Source: Chrysomallon squamiferum (Eukaryota > Animalia > Mollusca). From it: DNA of 64,000 bases. Location of the stretch: assembly GCA_012295275.1 (NCBI GenBank), contig CM022665.1, positions 22,506,001-22,570,000 on the forward strand, given 5' to 3'. The notes under the pieces were generated by a model, which ran no database searches, had not been told where the DNA came from, and was given only the letters and a program-made list of their open reading frames with translations. The translations under genes and the position numbers were made by a program. Every line of letters starts with the position of its first letter. Within the stretch, counting starts at the first letter, position 1. This document shows positions 1 through 13,600 of the stretch, one piece after another.

Positions 1-2260
1 TAGAGAATTGATCTGGAACGGCCCATTTTAGAGCCAAGAGCTCAAGTTTCATTGAGCACTGCACTCAGCAGGTTTTAGGCTTCGACTGGCATAAGAAATA
101 ACCACTAGTCGACCATCTTGCTCTTGAGATAGAACAGCTCCCAAAACCTGAAACCGGCATCAGTCTCAACAATGAAAGTGCCTGAAATTAGGGTAGCCTA
201 AAATTGGACTTGTAGTCAGCTTAAGTTTTGATTTTTTGAAAGCGTCATTACATGATTGATCCGAACATTCCTTAAAACTTGTCAACAACTTTTCCTTTCT
301 GTTTCTTGCCACCACCTATCAGTGCATGCAGGGGACGCCGCTATCTGAGCAAAACCCTTAATGGACCTTCGAAATTAACTGGCCAATCCAAGAACTGACT
401 TCAGTTCAGTCTCTCTTGTTGGTATTTTCCACTCTTTGACAACTGAAATCTTATCAAGGTCAGTAGAAATTCCCGACTCTGAAACAACATATCAAAATAC
501 TTAACATCCTTTTTAAACAAATAACATTTCTCAGGCTTCACTTTGAGACCAAATTTCCGTAGCCTACTAAATACCATTTCTAGCCTTTGGACCATTTCCT
601 CGAAGGTGCGTCGAAACACCAGCATGTCATCTAGGTATACTTTCAGAGACTGAAGATTTTTGTCTCCCAAGCAAGCCTGTATTAGCCTTGAAAAAGTGGC
701 TGGTGCATTACGCATATACTGATTTTTACAGCCTGTTGTTTGATTCGTTAAAACAGGCTCTAATTGTTTAAGTTTCTGCGACCATCGCATCACATCGCCT
801 GTGACAGTCTCTTTGGAAATGGCCTAAACGACCACATTTGATGTTTGTTACTGAAATCAAAATATAAACCATATTTTGGAGAGGAATGTCTTTGATTAGA
901 TTGAAAAGGGGGCGATGTTGGATTGGTCAGGAGTCAGGAAAACTAGCTGGAGCTGTTGTTACTGAAGGGCAAAGAGTGTCAAATCTCCTCAGCAAATGCA
1001 GGACAGCTTCATTGTGCTTTTGCTGAGCTTTCATATGCTACTCCAACATATCTCCCTGCCGTTACTGGCTGAACTGGCTGAAGCGGATTCCTGAACAGAT
1101 ATCTCCGAAGGCAACAGATGATTAACGGCAGCCTCTTTAACCATGACATGGTGAATACATGAATCCCGAGATGTATGTTTATGCCAATCAATAGCCCAAT
1201 CTCTGAGCTTGAAAAAGGATTCTGCAGGATTAGCCAGTATCTGTCGGTTGAGTTCCCGAGTCAAATGGGGATCTCTAACACCTTCGACAAAAATGGCTGT
1301 CAAATTATCTCGCTGACCATAGTAATATTAATCACGTTCCAGTTGCTTATATAGTCTTAGCAATTCATGAGCAGAGATTTATCATACCCCTGTTTTCGAC
1401 TGTAGAGCCGCAAACGTTTTTGCTGTGTACGAAGAACATATGAAATATCTGCGGGTCAGGAAGTATCATCATGATTATCTATTTCCAACCTGACAGAACC
1501 TGCTAAGTGCACCTTTAGGAAACGTATGGCTCAGTTATCAGTTTGACATTTTAACTCACGCTGACCTTTGATGCCGCGAATCCAATCCTCCAAGTTAATG
1601 TTCGATCCCGGCTTACCTTGAAACCGCCGACTATGGCGTTCCCGTGACACAAAAATTATTTGTGGTTCCATGTAAGCACGGGATTGAGGTTCGACTCTTT
1701 TAGATTCCTTATCTCTCGTACTACTACTAATCGAAACTAAAAGAGTCTGATTCTCTTTGGCCTGCTCCCTAAACTGGGAATCGAGGTTTTGAAAATATCG
1801 ACTAAGCTGTTCATAACTACCTAATTCTTCTTCTATTTGCGACATCTTCCAAAACCACTACAGAACTATAGAATTACTTTAATTAAAATGGAATTAAAGA
1901 TTTATGAAAAGTGCAAAATTCTATCTTACTGGACTTCAGTGACTTTCAAGATTTGGTAAAATATAATTTAAAAAAAAAAAGAGAATTTGACTTACTTTTC
2001 ATTTGTCTAAAACGAACATGTTTATAGTTCTTATCATTTACTTGTTTATTTCTCCAAAAGCTCCATGCGCACTATTAAACTTATTTACTGTTATTCAATT
2101 TTAACCTAGAGTTATAACATATACACACTAAACCTAATATTAATGTCAATACTGACATCTTAATTACATAAACAGGTTATTATTATTATTTTTATTCAAT
2201 ATTTATGTGAAAAAAAAATGTAAATGTTCTTGTATCAATTTGGAATCATGCACGTCAGGT

Positions 2261-2478
2261 CAATGGCGTGCAAAGGGGGGCGAAGAAAAGAACTTAACAA
2301 ATTTGGTTGATTTATATCAAAATCGAATAGTGTTTGTTTTATGTTTCATCTGTGTTTACATATTCAAAATATGTTTCTTTCTCATAATATTTCTCAGTAC
2401 TTGGCCTTATACTTGAGTCTTTGGGGCATAGAATCAAGGAGTTGGCCCCGGGCATCACCAGACCTCTGCACACCACTG
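2261..2478. mobile_element. Non-autonomous hAT-like MITE nested in the Gypsy leader
   Basis: Imperfect TIRs caatggcgtgcaaagg ... cctctgcacaccactg; degraded 8-bp flanks cgtcaggt / cgttagtg. Confidence 0.6.
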
Positions 2479-2614
2479 CGTTAGTGATCTCTTTTCAAAT
2501 GGGAATCTCGTGTCGTCAAGGATCGAGTCTCGCGTAATCGTCAACATCAAATCTTCTGTATCCCTGGTCATGTGAAGGTATTGGTTGTCTTTCAGCTATT
2601 TCTAAATATCAGGG

Positions 2615-2625
2615 TTCTGACACCA
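2615..2625 (-). promoter_or_regulatory. Gypsy primer-binding site, tRNA-Leu type
   Basis: Minus strand reads TGGTGTCAGAA, complementary to the ...UUCUGACACCA 3' end of tRNA-Leu, upstream of gag. A candidate 5' LTR follows at about 2628-3014 with uncertain ends. Confidence 0.6.
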
Positions 2626-3192
2626 AATACAACGGGAGGAGAGGAAGGTAAGTGGATCTCGTGAGACTGATATACGTAATATATATCACTATCTAAGGAA
2701 TAATAAATAAGACGGCGTTTCCAATTAAAGGGCTTTAATATTAGTTAATGTCTGATATAGCAATAATAACATTTACAACATGATAACTCTGGCGTCTCCA
2801 AGGAGGACAACTGACTAGGTTCAAAAAACAAATCGCAATTATGATTCTACAGTTGCAAACTGAAAACGTAAAACCAATACAAAAAACCCCCACACGACCA
2901 AAGTCGCCACCTGAACAAATAATATGTATCAGGTGTGTTTAGTTTTAAATATATTTCCATGTGAAAACTAATACACACCCCATATTATTATTATAAATTG
3001 TAAACACTGTTACTTAAACTTATACCAAGTCATTTAATAAATTGTGCGCTAGCATATTCAAAATAAATGAAAGTCCACAAATAAAATATAATTGTTGTCT
3101 CTTTAATATGTAATGTCTTAATTATCCCTCATTAATAGACATATTAAAATAAAAGCAATAAACCTAAATTAATTACTAAACTCTAGCACATA

Positions 3193-3672
3193 CAGTGGAA
3201 CTCCTGGTTACGAACGCCTCGAAGCACGAACGAATCGGATTACTAACTGATCTTGGGCAATATTTGTCTCGGTTTACGAACTATAACGACGCGCCACGAC
3301 AAGCTTTCTTTTGACGTCGGTTTTGACGTCACCATCTAGTAAAGATAAGAATAGAAGCTTGCGTCAAAACTGAGATCAAAGTAAGGATTATAGGCATGCC
3401 CTATAGCAAATATATATCATGAATTACATAGTTGCAACTCAATAGCTTTTGCACTGAGATCGTGCGCTTGCATTTTTTAAAGTGTTGCTGCATTTATATG
3501 TATACATTTTTTTTTATTAAACCCTATCCAGTGTGGCGCTCAAGAAAGCAAAACGTGAAAGCGATAATGCTGGTGGAAAGTATAAACGTATCACAGTACA
3601 GGTTAAGAAATAAATAACTGTTTACGAACCGAGTTCTGGAACGAATTAAGTTCGTAACCCGAGGTTCCTCAG
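3193..3672. mobile_element. Tigger/pogo-type MITE upstream of TRAF3
   Basis: TA|cagtggaactcctggttacgaac ... gttcgtaacccgaggttcctcag|TA; internal sequence shared with 32316-32604. Confidence 0.8.
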
Positions 3673-3984
3673 TATTTCCCGTGAAAGACGCCACCTACAT
3701 TTTTTTGGTTATGATCGGTATTTAAGTAGCAATGATTTTACTAAAATAAAAATGGGAAGCTCATTGTTTGCATACACAATAGTATATGCTTTAGAAATTG
3801 AATGCTTTTTGTTTTAACGAAAAAGAGTAGAAAATTAATTTTTAAATGTTTTTATATTGCCGGTTGACGGATCTTTATTATTATTATTATTATTTTATAT
3901 ATATATATATAATTTTCTGTTGTAAAACTAGTATCAAGGATTATAAAGAATGTATGAATTTTTCGTGACCTAATTTATTAATAG

Positions 3985-4189
3985 TCAGTAGTCTCGATTA
4001 CCGCGTCGTTGTCCATGGAATTGAGAGTTGCCGAAGGGGCTCTAACGTTCATTTTTAAATTTTATTTCTTTCTTAACCAGTATAAATATAATTAGAGCAG
4101 TGTTACTGAGAAAAGTTTACAAAATATTTGGCCGCCATTCAAGAAGTAAGGACGAATCCATTTACCAAAACGAATACATTATACAAGAG
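3985..4189 (+). promoter_or_regulatory. Putative TRAF3 promoter / non-coding first exon
   Basis: Local CpG cluster, YY1-like GGCCGCCATT near 4130, donor GAG|GTAAAC at 4190. The ATG exon is preceded by an acceptor (ttttgcag, 4458), implying an upstream exon. Confidence 0.45.
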
Positions 4190-4474
4190 GTAAACGACAA
4201 TGTAAAGCACGTGTTTAATTGAACCGTTAAAATTTAAATACGATATATCACAAACTAATTTTGCTGTAATTACTGTATGATATGTCTTATGTTTGTATCG
4301 TTCTAATAACATTTAAAGACTTCCCATTTCTATAAATGTCTTCTTTTGTATGTATTAAGTTAATTTTTGGCAGTTTATTGTTGAAAAGCGTGATTCTTAA
4401 GCTCTGTAAGTGTAAGTGAAATAAATGACATAAACTGACTTATCACTGTGTTTTGCAGACTAATTTTAATTGAT

Positions 4475-4602
4475 ATGGCAAGTCTTTCATCCGTTAGTAC
4501 TTCACACGAATTGAGTCCTAATGATCCAGATTTTGAATACCTGGAAGAGAGATACAAGTGTTGTTACTGCAAACATGTTCTTCGTAATCCTGTCCAAACA
4601 AG
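4475..4602 (+). CDS. TRAF3: TRAF3 coding exon 1 (RING start)
   Basis: MASLSSVSTSHELSPNDPDFEYLEERYKCCYCKHVLRNPVQT; donor AG|gtaaat. Confidence 0.88.
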
Positions 4603-7600
4603 GTAAATGTTTTCACAGCTCCATCTGAAACTAAACTGACATAGGATTATGCCCAGTATTAATTCGTCAAAAGTTTTATTAAATATGAAATGCCAATGAG
4701 AATGATGTAATGTACATTTTTTGGTTAAAAAGCTATGTAAAATTAAACTGGAGGTAAACAGTTTTGCTTACATATTTGAGGCTAAATCTTTTATTGTATT
4801 ATTGTCGTGCATAATAACAGAAAATCAGCTTAATTTTGTTTCTGAATGTTTGTAGCTAATTTTGATAATATATATTTTTAAAATTAAATCAGCCATTTTG
4901 AAATATTGTTTGTCTGTTTAGCAATTAGTATTTTAATATATATATATTTTCTTTAAATGTTGAGGTGTGGACATCGCCTGTGTGAGGAATGTAGAGATCA
5001 CATTTTTGCCAGTGGTGAGCCTGTAGCTTGTCCAGCAGGAGAGGAAGACTGTGAACTTCTGAAACGAAATGATGTTAGTTCAAATTAACATGCACCTTAC
5101 TTTAAACACCCATTAAATCCTTGATTTAATAGTCATGAGATGAGGTTTGAACAGTAATTTGGACAGACTAATTCTTTTAAGTCTGAATCAAGCACAAACT
5201 TTTACATTAAAATAATATCACTTCACAACATTTGCAGTTTAAGTGAAATTTGGCATCCATGAACACTTCTTCACCCCTACAAGTTTGTTAAATCAAGGGT
5301 CTATTAAAATTCTGCTTGAGATCTGACAAATACTCCTTTTAATTCATTCTAAACAGACTTATATTATTCATAGGCAATGAGAGAATACAGCTGTAAAATT
5401 AATTTTTTAAAGGTAGAAATACAAAAAGAGATAACACTGACAGAGAAAAAAAATGTTTATTTTATATATTAATTAAAGATTCAGTTATTTTTATTTGCTT
5501 CAGATACTTAGATGCCGTGTGTGTGTGTGCGTGTGCGCGCGCACGCACGCGTAATTTTTTTTTTTTTTTAATACTTATCTTTGCTTATCCCATACTACAG
5601 GTCTTTTTTTTTGCACCAATTATTGAGCAATAAGAACACTCAAACTCGGTACACCTATCTAATCATGACTTTTTGTATCATTCATGAATATATACATATA
5701 AGTAGTTAATCTTAGAATCCTGCTTGTCTTTATTTATTTATTATTCATATAACAAATTTGCAGCAGATGTTTTTCCTGATAACAGAAGAAATAAAAAATC
5801 ATGTACTGATACTTCTCTGATTTGCAGATTTATCCAGATACAAGTGTGCGAAGAGAAATCCAGAATCTTCTTGTTCGTTGTCCAAATTCAAAAGAAGGAT
5901 GCTCTGATAAGGTTCCATGGAAAAATATTGAGGTTGGTTCTAAAACTGAGACAAAAAAAGAAAGATATAATAATGGAAAATTAGAAATGAAAAATTGTTG
6001 TTGATGTTATTATAAATAATGCAAGAAAATTATATATTAATTAGTACTGTTTTTATCATAACTGTTATTATTTTAAAATCAGCATTTAATGATTCAGAAA
6101 GACAAATGCTGGGGCACATATAATTAGTAACTTCACTTGATTTATTAACATTTTCTGCATCAAATATGATTTTGACAGATGTAAATATATTAATGTAAAT
6201 GATTTAATTATGGTATTCTTTTAGAAACATGTAGCTGAATGTGAATTCAAACCTGTGGACTGTCGAAACAAGAACTTTGGTTGTGAAACACGGTTGACTG
6301 AGAGTGCGATTAGTGCTCATGAAGCTGAATGTCCTTATCGTCAAACATGCTGCAAAAAATGTGGACAAACATACATTTTTTATTTGGCCAGAGTAATACT
6401 GTTGCTTAATTTTTTTATATTTGATACCAAAAAATATATATATTGCCACTAACATTTTTATAAAACATGTATAATGTGTGAAAGCATGCATTTTATAGAT
6501 ATAATTTTTGAAGAAATTATTCTATTACTAAAGGAATTTTTTTATCTGATGTGAAATGTGTATGTAATATGTTGCCAATAACAATTTTGTTTTTCATAGA
6601 AATTACGAAGAAATGTAATGACATTATTTCTCACAAAATATACTTGTTAAAATATGCATTATCAAGGTAATTATATTAATACCATAGTAATTTTATATCT
6701 AATACAAAAAAGAGACAAATTACCTTTTTATAAAATATACAATAAAGAAATTTATATCAGATAATAATTAAAATGAAAAGACTTTACTAATGAAAATATG
6801 CACATTATGGACAACCTTATAAAATAATTTTATATCTGATAGTGAAAGTAAATAAATATAATAAAAATCCAAATCTTTATAAAATACGTAACAAAGAAAT
6901 GTAATAACGCTACTTATTATTTGAATAATGCACCACAATATCAAATAATTATTCTATTACTTAAGGAAGTTTTTATCTGAAAAAAGAAGAGATACTGTCG
7001 ATAACATTTTTATAAAATATGTGACTAATGAATTTAATAACATTATTTAAAATGAAACCATGTTACTCTTGTTAAAATGTAATTTTCAAAACTCGTTATT
7101 AAAACATCTATTACAACAAACAGTTTTATAAAATGATTAATAATACAGTTTAATGTTGCTTAACTTAGAATACAATTCTGCAGTGGATTATTTTCTTTAA
7201 TTTAAATAAAATGTATTTAATACTTTCATGTCTCTTTGGCATTAGAAAACACTTGTATTCAAACTGCTGGATGGTAAACATAAAAAGTAAATCCATACAA
7301 GTTATCTGTGTAAAATTAAAATAAAGATGGTTCTGTTTTAATGACATTTAGCAGTTTCAGTATTTATAAATAAGATGTAGTTATTTGGAATTTATATTGC
7401 ACAAAGTAAATATATACAAGACTCATAACATGATTTAAAAAAAACAACAACAGCTGAATAATAAGGCAAAATATTAACTAATAAACCATGGTTAACTATG
7501 AAAGAAGCAATTTTATCAGATTGTTGGATATTTCTAAGCTTAAAACAATGACTCAAAACAAAATGAATGATTCTGCCAACCACAGTACAGGGAATGTCAC

Positions 7601-10600
7601 TGATGACTGATTATTAATAGAAACTAGATGCAGAAATGGAACACTAAACAAAGAGAAATTGAATTATTTAAAAAAAATAACTACAATTACTATGTTTATT
7701 ATTTCTAATGGTAACTGAAATTATTTTAGTTTGAATGAGTACCTATTTAAATATTATTATAAAAATATATTACTAATAGTTGTTAAATAAAAAGATGTAG
7801 AAATTGTATTTCACAAAATAACTTTCAAAATAATGGTTTAGAAATTAATTATTTTTTGTAACAGAATGTTAATTTTACTTGCTGTAGAATATAACATTTA
7901 TTTTTTGGTTTTTGTTAATTTGAAAGTATTGGAAGAAAAAAGTTTAAAGTCAAAATAACATTTTAAATAATTTACAGCAACATGAAGAAAATGATTGTCC
8001 AGAGGTTGACGTCACTTGTCCATATAACTGTGCTACTCATCAAATGAAGCGTAAAGAGGTGAAGTATTTTATTATTTCATTGTTACTGGCAGGATTTAGA
8101 TGTGATGAGGTCCTAGGTTGTGGGCTAATTGTAGATGCCCTATTTAGCCCTATTTATTTTTCTGAGACCCAAAACAATATATTTTTTTTTTTTTTTTTTT
8201 TTTAATTTATAGATAAATCTGAGCCTAACCACTGTTAGTTGTTATTATTAATAGCATAATTGTTATATAAAATACATAATAACAGAATGCTGAATTTCCT
8301 GTTTTTGCTAACATTCTCATTAAATACCATAAAAACAATAATCACATCTTAATTCCTTTCAGAACTGGGTTGATTTTTGTTTTGCTTTTTAACTTGGAAT
8401 AAAAACAGCTAGCATTTTTGTCATGTGGTATTTATTGGTTATTTTTAGTAGAAGTTTATTTTCATTATACAGTCCTCAGTGACAGATTATTTGCACAAAA
8501 TAAGTCAAATTAAAAAAAAGTAAAATTGTTTATGTTTCAATATGCCAGAGTATTTTCCTTTATCAGTCCTTGTTTCACAAGACAGATTATCAAAACCTTG
8601 ATGACACCTATCCTTAATTTTATAAAAGATAACTTACTGTTAATTGACAGCAACAGTTAAGATTTCAGACTTACAATAAAGGAAAAAAACAGTATTGATC
8701 ATTACCATTTAAACATTATTTTCAGTTAAGTGACCACTTGATGACATGTCCTAGAAAGCCCAAGGAATGTAAATTTAAACCAATTGGATGTGATTTCACT
8801 GTGAGTATTATTTAATTATTTATTAATTACTTTATTGTTTTAATTAATGAACTGATTATTCAGTTATTACTTATTATTTATTTATTTTTTCATATTTATA
8901 ATAATTGTCACCATTATTATCATTCCTTTTTATTATCATTCCTGTTTTAATGAACCAGCTTATCCATCTCCTTTTTAATTTTTAATTTTATTTTTGTTTT
9001 TGGTTGTTGTTTTTTTCTCTCTATCTCTCTCTCTTATTCATACTCTGTAAATTAATTTTAAAGTTTTCAGAATTTGTTTGGTTAATAATTTGGTTAACAC
9101 ACAAATAGTGACAGGTTTATTCTAGACTGTAAAAAATTACAAATTTATTGAAATGTTTCTATACAAATACAGCTGAAATATATCCAGTGTATAGATATTA
9201 GATGTATGTATACAAATGTTACTTCTCAATTTAGTATTGTCTCTAAAAATACATAAAATACATTTTAGCCCAATCAAGGAAAAACTGAAGCCATCAGGCT
9301 TTTCTGAAAGGCCCAACTAATTTCATGAGGATAAAACATTTATTAATATTTTGTTTTATTTTATTGTCACTTTTCACTTACTTACACTTTCTTTCACCAA
9401 GACGCAAGAGGCTTGGTGAAGGTGGTATCAAAGGGGAACAACTATTACATGCCCAACTAATCTCCTGTACTTATTAATGCTTGTTTAATTGTGGATACCC
9501 CAGTCAGAAACATAAAATAATTAATCATTGTCAGTCATTTTCAATTTGCAACAGTCCAAACACAAAACAGCCTTAAAATGGCATCTTTTCTCAGAACAAT
9601 ATGTCAGTGATTTCTGATTCCATGACCTACAATGACTGACAAAATATACTAGTATAGAATTGATGGAATTTCATTTTCAGAGTGTAAGTGTTCAAAGGGC
9701 TGTATATTTTTTAATTTTAATTTTTGATGTCAAAGCTCATGGCTTCATCCATAAAAAGAAACGATTTGTTAAGCAATGAGAAAATTCAGGAAAAGTGGAC
9801 TAATGATTACTTATTTGTTGAAGGAAAAAACAAACCAAAGTGTTTAATATATAATGAATCTGTCCTCTGTTTTAAAGAATTTAATGATAAGCACGTTACA
9901 CTTTAAAACACTAGGGATACTGTAAATTTAAAGGATATATCAGAAAGCAAAAAATTGAAGTGCTCTTGAAAAGTCAAACATTGTGCATACAATCTGTCAT
10001 TAAAAAAGTGGTAAAACATTCAAAACATTATTTCAATAGTGAATGTGTCTTTTGGCAGTGGCTGAAATAATGTCTGGAAAAGTTAGATACATCTGACTAG
10101 ATTAGTTTATCTTGCAGAATGATAGCAATGTGAGTTGAAGAAATTGCAGCAGATGCCTAGGGTACACTGACATCAAAGGTTGGGTCCAAGGAGGGCTTTC
10201 TATTCAAACTAAAACAAAAATTAAAAATTAACTTCTTTGAATTTAGCAAACAGTGACTTTGCAGTGATCCAGAAAACGATTATGGTTATGTCTGTAAAAT
10301 TTAAAAATGTTAAGCATATGGTTGTTTCAACTGGATTTGTGACCTTGCCTTTCAATGAATATCACTACACATTTAAATGATCTAAATATAAAATTGCAAA
10401 AACAAAATGAGTTGATTTACAAAAGATTTTTCAAACAAAACTTTAGGTGTGGGAAAATCAGCTCAGGATTGGTAATGCTTTCTATTACCCACCTCACACT
10501 AGCCAATCAGAGGGATTCTGGATATGATTGTTGTTCTGCTGAGTTGAATGAGCTGAAAAAAGAACTGAACACCAGATGTAATGATTTCAAAGCTACATAA

Positions 10601-13600
10601 GCTGATTAATGCCAATGGAAACGCAAATGGAAATAACTGAGTTTCAGAGTAATCAGTTTCTTAGGCAAATATTTTGTTGGTTTCACTGAACTCTTACTGA
10701 AGAAAACTACTGCAAAATAGTGAGCTTTGCTCAAAGATATGCCACCATGGTCACTTACATATATGGTCCTCTGTAGTGAAAATGGTTGAGGTGCATTCGG
10801 CTAAAGATTACCTTGACTTTCTTGCACAGTGCATTGTGCCCAATGATGAGCCACTTCTTGAAAAAGGTTGTGTATGCCTGTTTTGGCCCATGTTTGAAAT
10901 ACATTTAGTTTGTGAACACCTTGTAACATTTTGAATTAATTTGTTAAAAATTAAATTTATTAATTTTAGGGAACAGCTGAAGAATTAGCAGATCACGAGA
11001 GAGATTTCATATCTCATCATTTAGAGCTGGTGACAGTCTTTACAAGCAGTATGGACTTGCAGAACCTGGATATCAAACAGAGGATGCAGGTAATAAAACT
11101 ATACATTGGTCAAATATTATTTTTGTTAATTTATTGTTGTTGTTGTTACTTCAATGTTTTTTTAATACAAATTCAAATAAAACCATCCTGTTATGAAACA
11201 AATTTTATAAACAATTAACAATAATTTTATGAAAAAACAACTATTAGAAACTGTTGGAGTGTCTAATTTAGAATAGTTTCTTGATGAATAATCTATACAT
11301 CTTATGTATCATTTTTAATGTATTATTTAATTATTTTCATATATTATTTTTTAAATATATTGTTGCAGTAATTCTTTTAATGTCATTTTGAGTACCCTTA
11401 AAATAAAGTATTTATACTTTTTTTTTTAATCTATTATTTAAGTATTTTTTTAGTATTAGTTTAATATATTCTAATATTTATTATTAATATTATTTAATTT
11501 TATTAATTTTTTAATTTTTTTTGGAAAGGAATTGACAGCAGAGAGAGATGACTTTAAAAAAAAGCTGGCTGACTGTCAAAGAGAAAATGAAAGCCTAAAG
11601 AATTCTGTTAAACATTTAGAGAAAACTCTTAAGGACTTGAGGGTGAGAATTTAAAAATCTTATCCCATTTAAAATATTATATGTAAATGATGTCAGTTAG
11701 CAGAATTGTGTCGTTCAAAAGACCTTTAAAGATAATGGGTGAATAATACTTAAGGGGACATGCTCTGACAAAATCTGAATAAAAAAAAGTGTTTTTGAGA
11801 TTTTGACATGACCATTTAAAAACATTATTGAGCTTTCTATTCATACCAGTTAAAACGTCCAAATAAATTATGTCCCAAAAAACTTCTGTGTTTTATTTTC
11901 GATGCATGTTTCTCGAAACTTCCATAAAATTCAACAACATGCATACCGTTGGAAAGCCCCATTTTTGCAGAGCACTATGGGAACAGTGTTCTAAAAATAG
12001 ATACAAAATCTGTAGAGATATTCCTTCATTTAATGCACTGCCCTCTGAGAATAGGAGAGAAAAAAAACGGATATTGTTGCCCATGGATTGGTCATATGAT
12101 ATCACATGACTTGTTGCCGCATTCGGATGACATTGATTACATCCGTTAATTGATTGTTCTCCTGAGCATATGTTTAAGATTTAATTTTTTGGAATCAAGG
12201 ACACTTACTGATGTCTGAAAAAACTTGTCCAAAATTTGCCATGTTCAGACTCCTCATTAACTGTCGTTGTTTCTGATCAATATAAAGGCCCTGTTGTCAA
12301 TCTGAAGACAGTTTGTGCTACTTGTGAAAAGCTGCACAATGAGACATTGTCATCAAATCATGTAGTAGCCAGGGAAGCAGATTTTCTTTCATCACTATCA
12401 GATGAATGGTTGCGGGAACCATAGTGGTGTAGGTTTTTCAGGACTGCTGGTGGGTGGATTCACCATGTATACATCATACAACATATGAAAAACACTAAAA
12501 GGCAGTTTCTGAAGCTGTTAAAATGTCTGTTGTAAAATGTTTGCAGTTGGCATCGGCCTGTGTGAATTCAGAAAGTGATGTAACAGATATATGTGTATCA
12601 TATGACGCTTCATGGATGACTGAGGACACACATCAAGGTATGGTGTTGGCTGTGTAATTGATCTAATTACAGGCCTTGTCATTGACTATGAGATTTTATG
12701 TCTGTACTGTCATGGTTGTGCAACTGTTGGTGACCACTATGACAGAGAAAGCCAAGAGTATCTCAATTAAAAGGCTAACCATGTATGTGAGAAAAACTGT
12801 TTCAGTACTCCTGGGTCAATGGAAAAATTAGAAAAAGAGGAATGCATCAACCATGTGTCAGAAAGGATGGGTGCAGCATTGAGAAAAGTGGGATGAGAAG
12901 CTTGACAGCAAGGTGTTGTAACAGGTGGGAAAGGGCATGCTGCTACTATCTCTAACCTAACAAAATATTGTGGCAGTGCAATTCAAGGCAGCTCTAATGA
13001 TTTGGGAAAATTGAGAAATGTGCATCATTTTTCAGTGCTCTTTCCACAGCCCAAGAACCACATCATGATCGCCGCCCAAAGGGTCCTTCCAGTTGGTATT
13101 TTTATCGGTGAGCATTGGCTGTGGGTGAACAATCAGGCAGCAATACTAAAAATTAGGGAACACCACTGTCAAAAGAAGTTGGACAGTTTGTTAAGTCAGT
13201 CTATATTCAACTTGGCAATGAAAACCTTTTACGTCAATGTCTGAAAGGAAAGACCCCAAATAGTAATGAAAGTCTTCATGCAATGATTTGGCGGAAATGC
13301 CCCAAAACATATTTTGTGGAAAAATTAAGGATGGACAATGGGGTTGCAATGGCAGTGAGTGAATTTAATGATGGCTGTGTAGAAAGTGTTTCCAATACAG
13401 TAGCAGCACTGGGTTTACAACAGGTGGGTGGAGCTGCTAGGAAGTTAACCCATTCAAAGGATTCTGAACGAATCCAAATGATGGAAAGGAAATCTGCCAG
13501 ACTCTCAAAAAGACAAAGAGAAATAAGACATTTGAAAAGGATTCAGCAACAGGAAATGCTTGCTGCAGCTGAAGATGAACCTGTATGTAACAATAATGTG

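Larger units (their letters stand above)
1..2625 (-). mobile_element. Degenerate Ty3/Gypsy LTR retrotransposon (gag, RT, RNase H remnants), runs off the left edge
   Basis: Minus-strand translations: gag-like ERHSRRFQGKPGSNINLEDWI and FVEGVRDPHLTRELNRQI; RT NAPATFSRLIQACLGD...VYLDDMLVF; RNase H FIVETDA..LGAVLSQEQDGRLVVISYASRSL. Frameshifts, stops, no recognisable protease. Confidence 0.9.
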
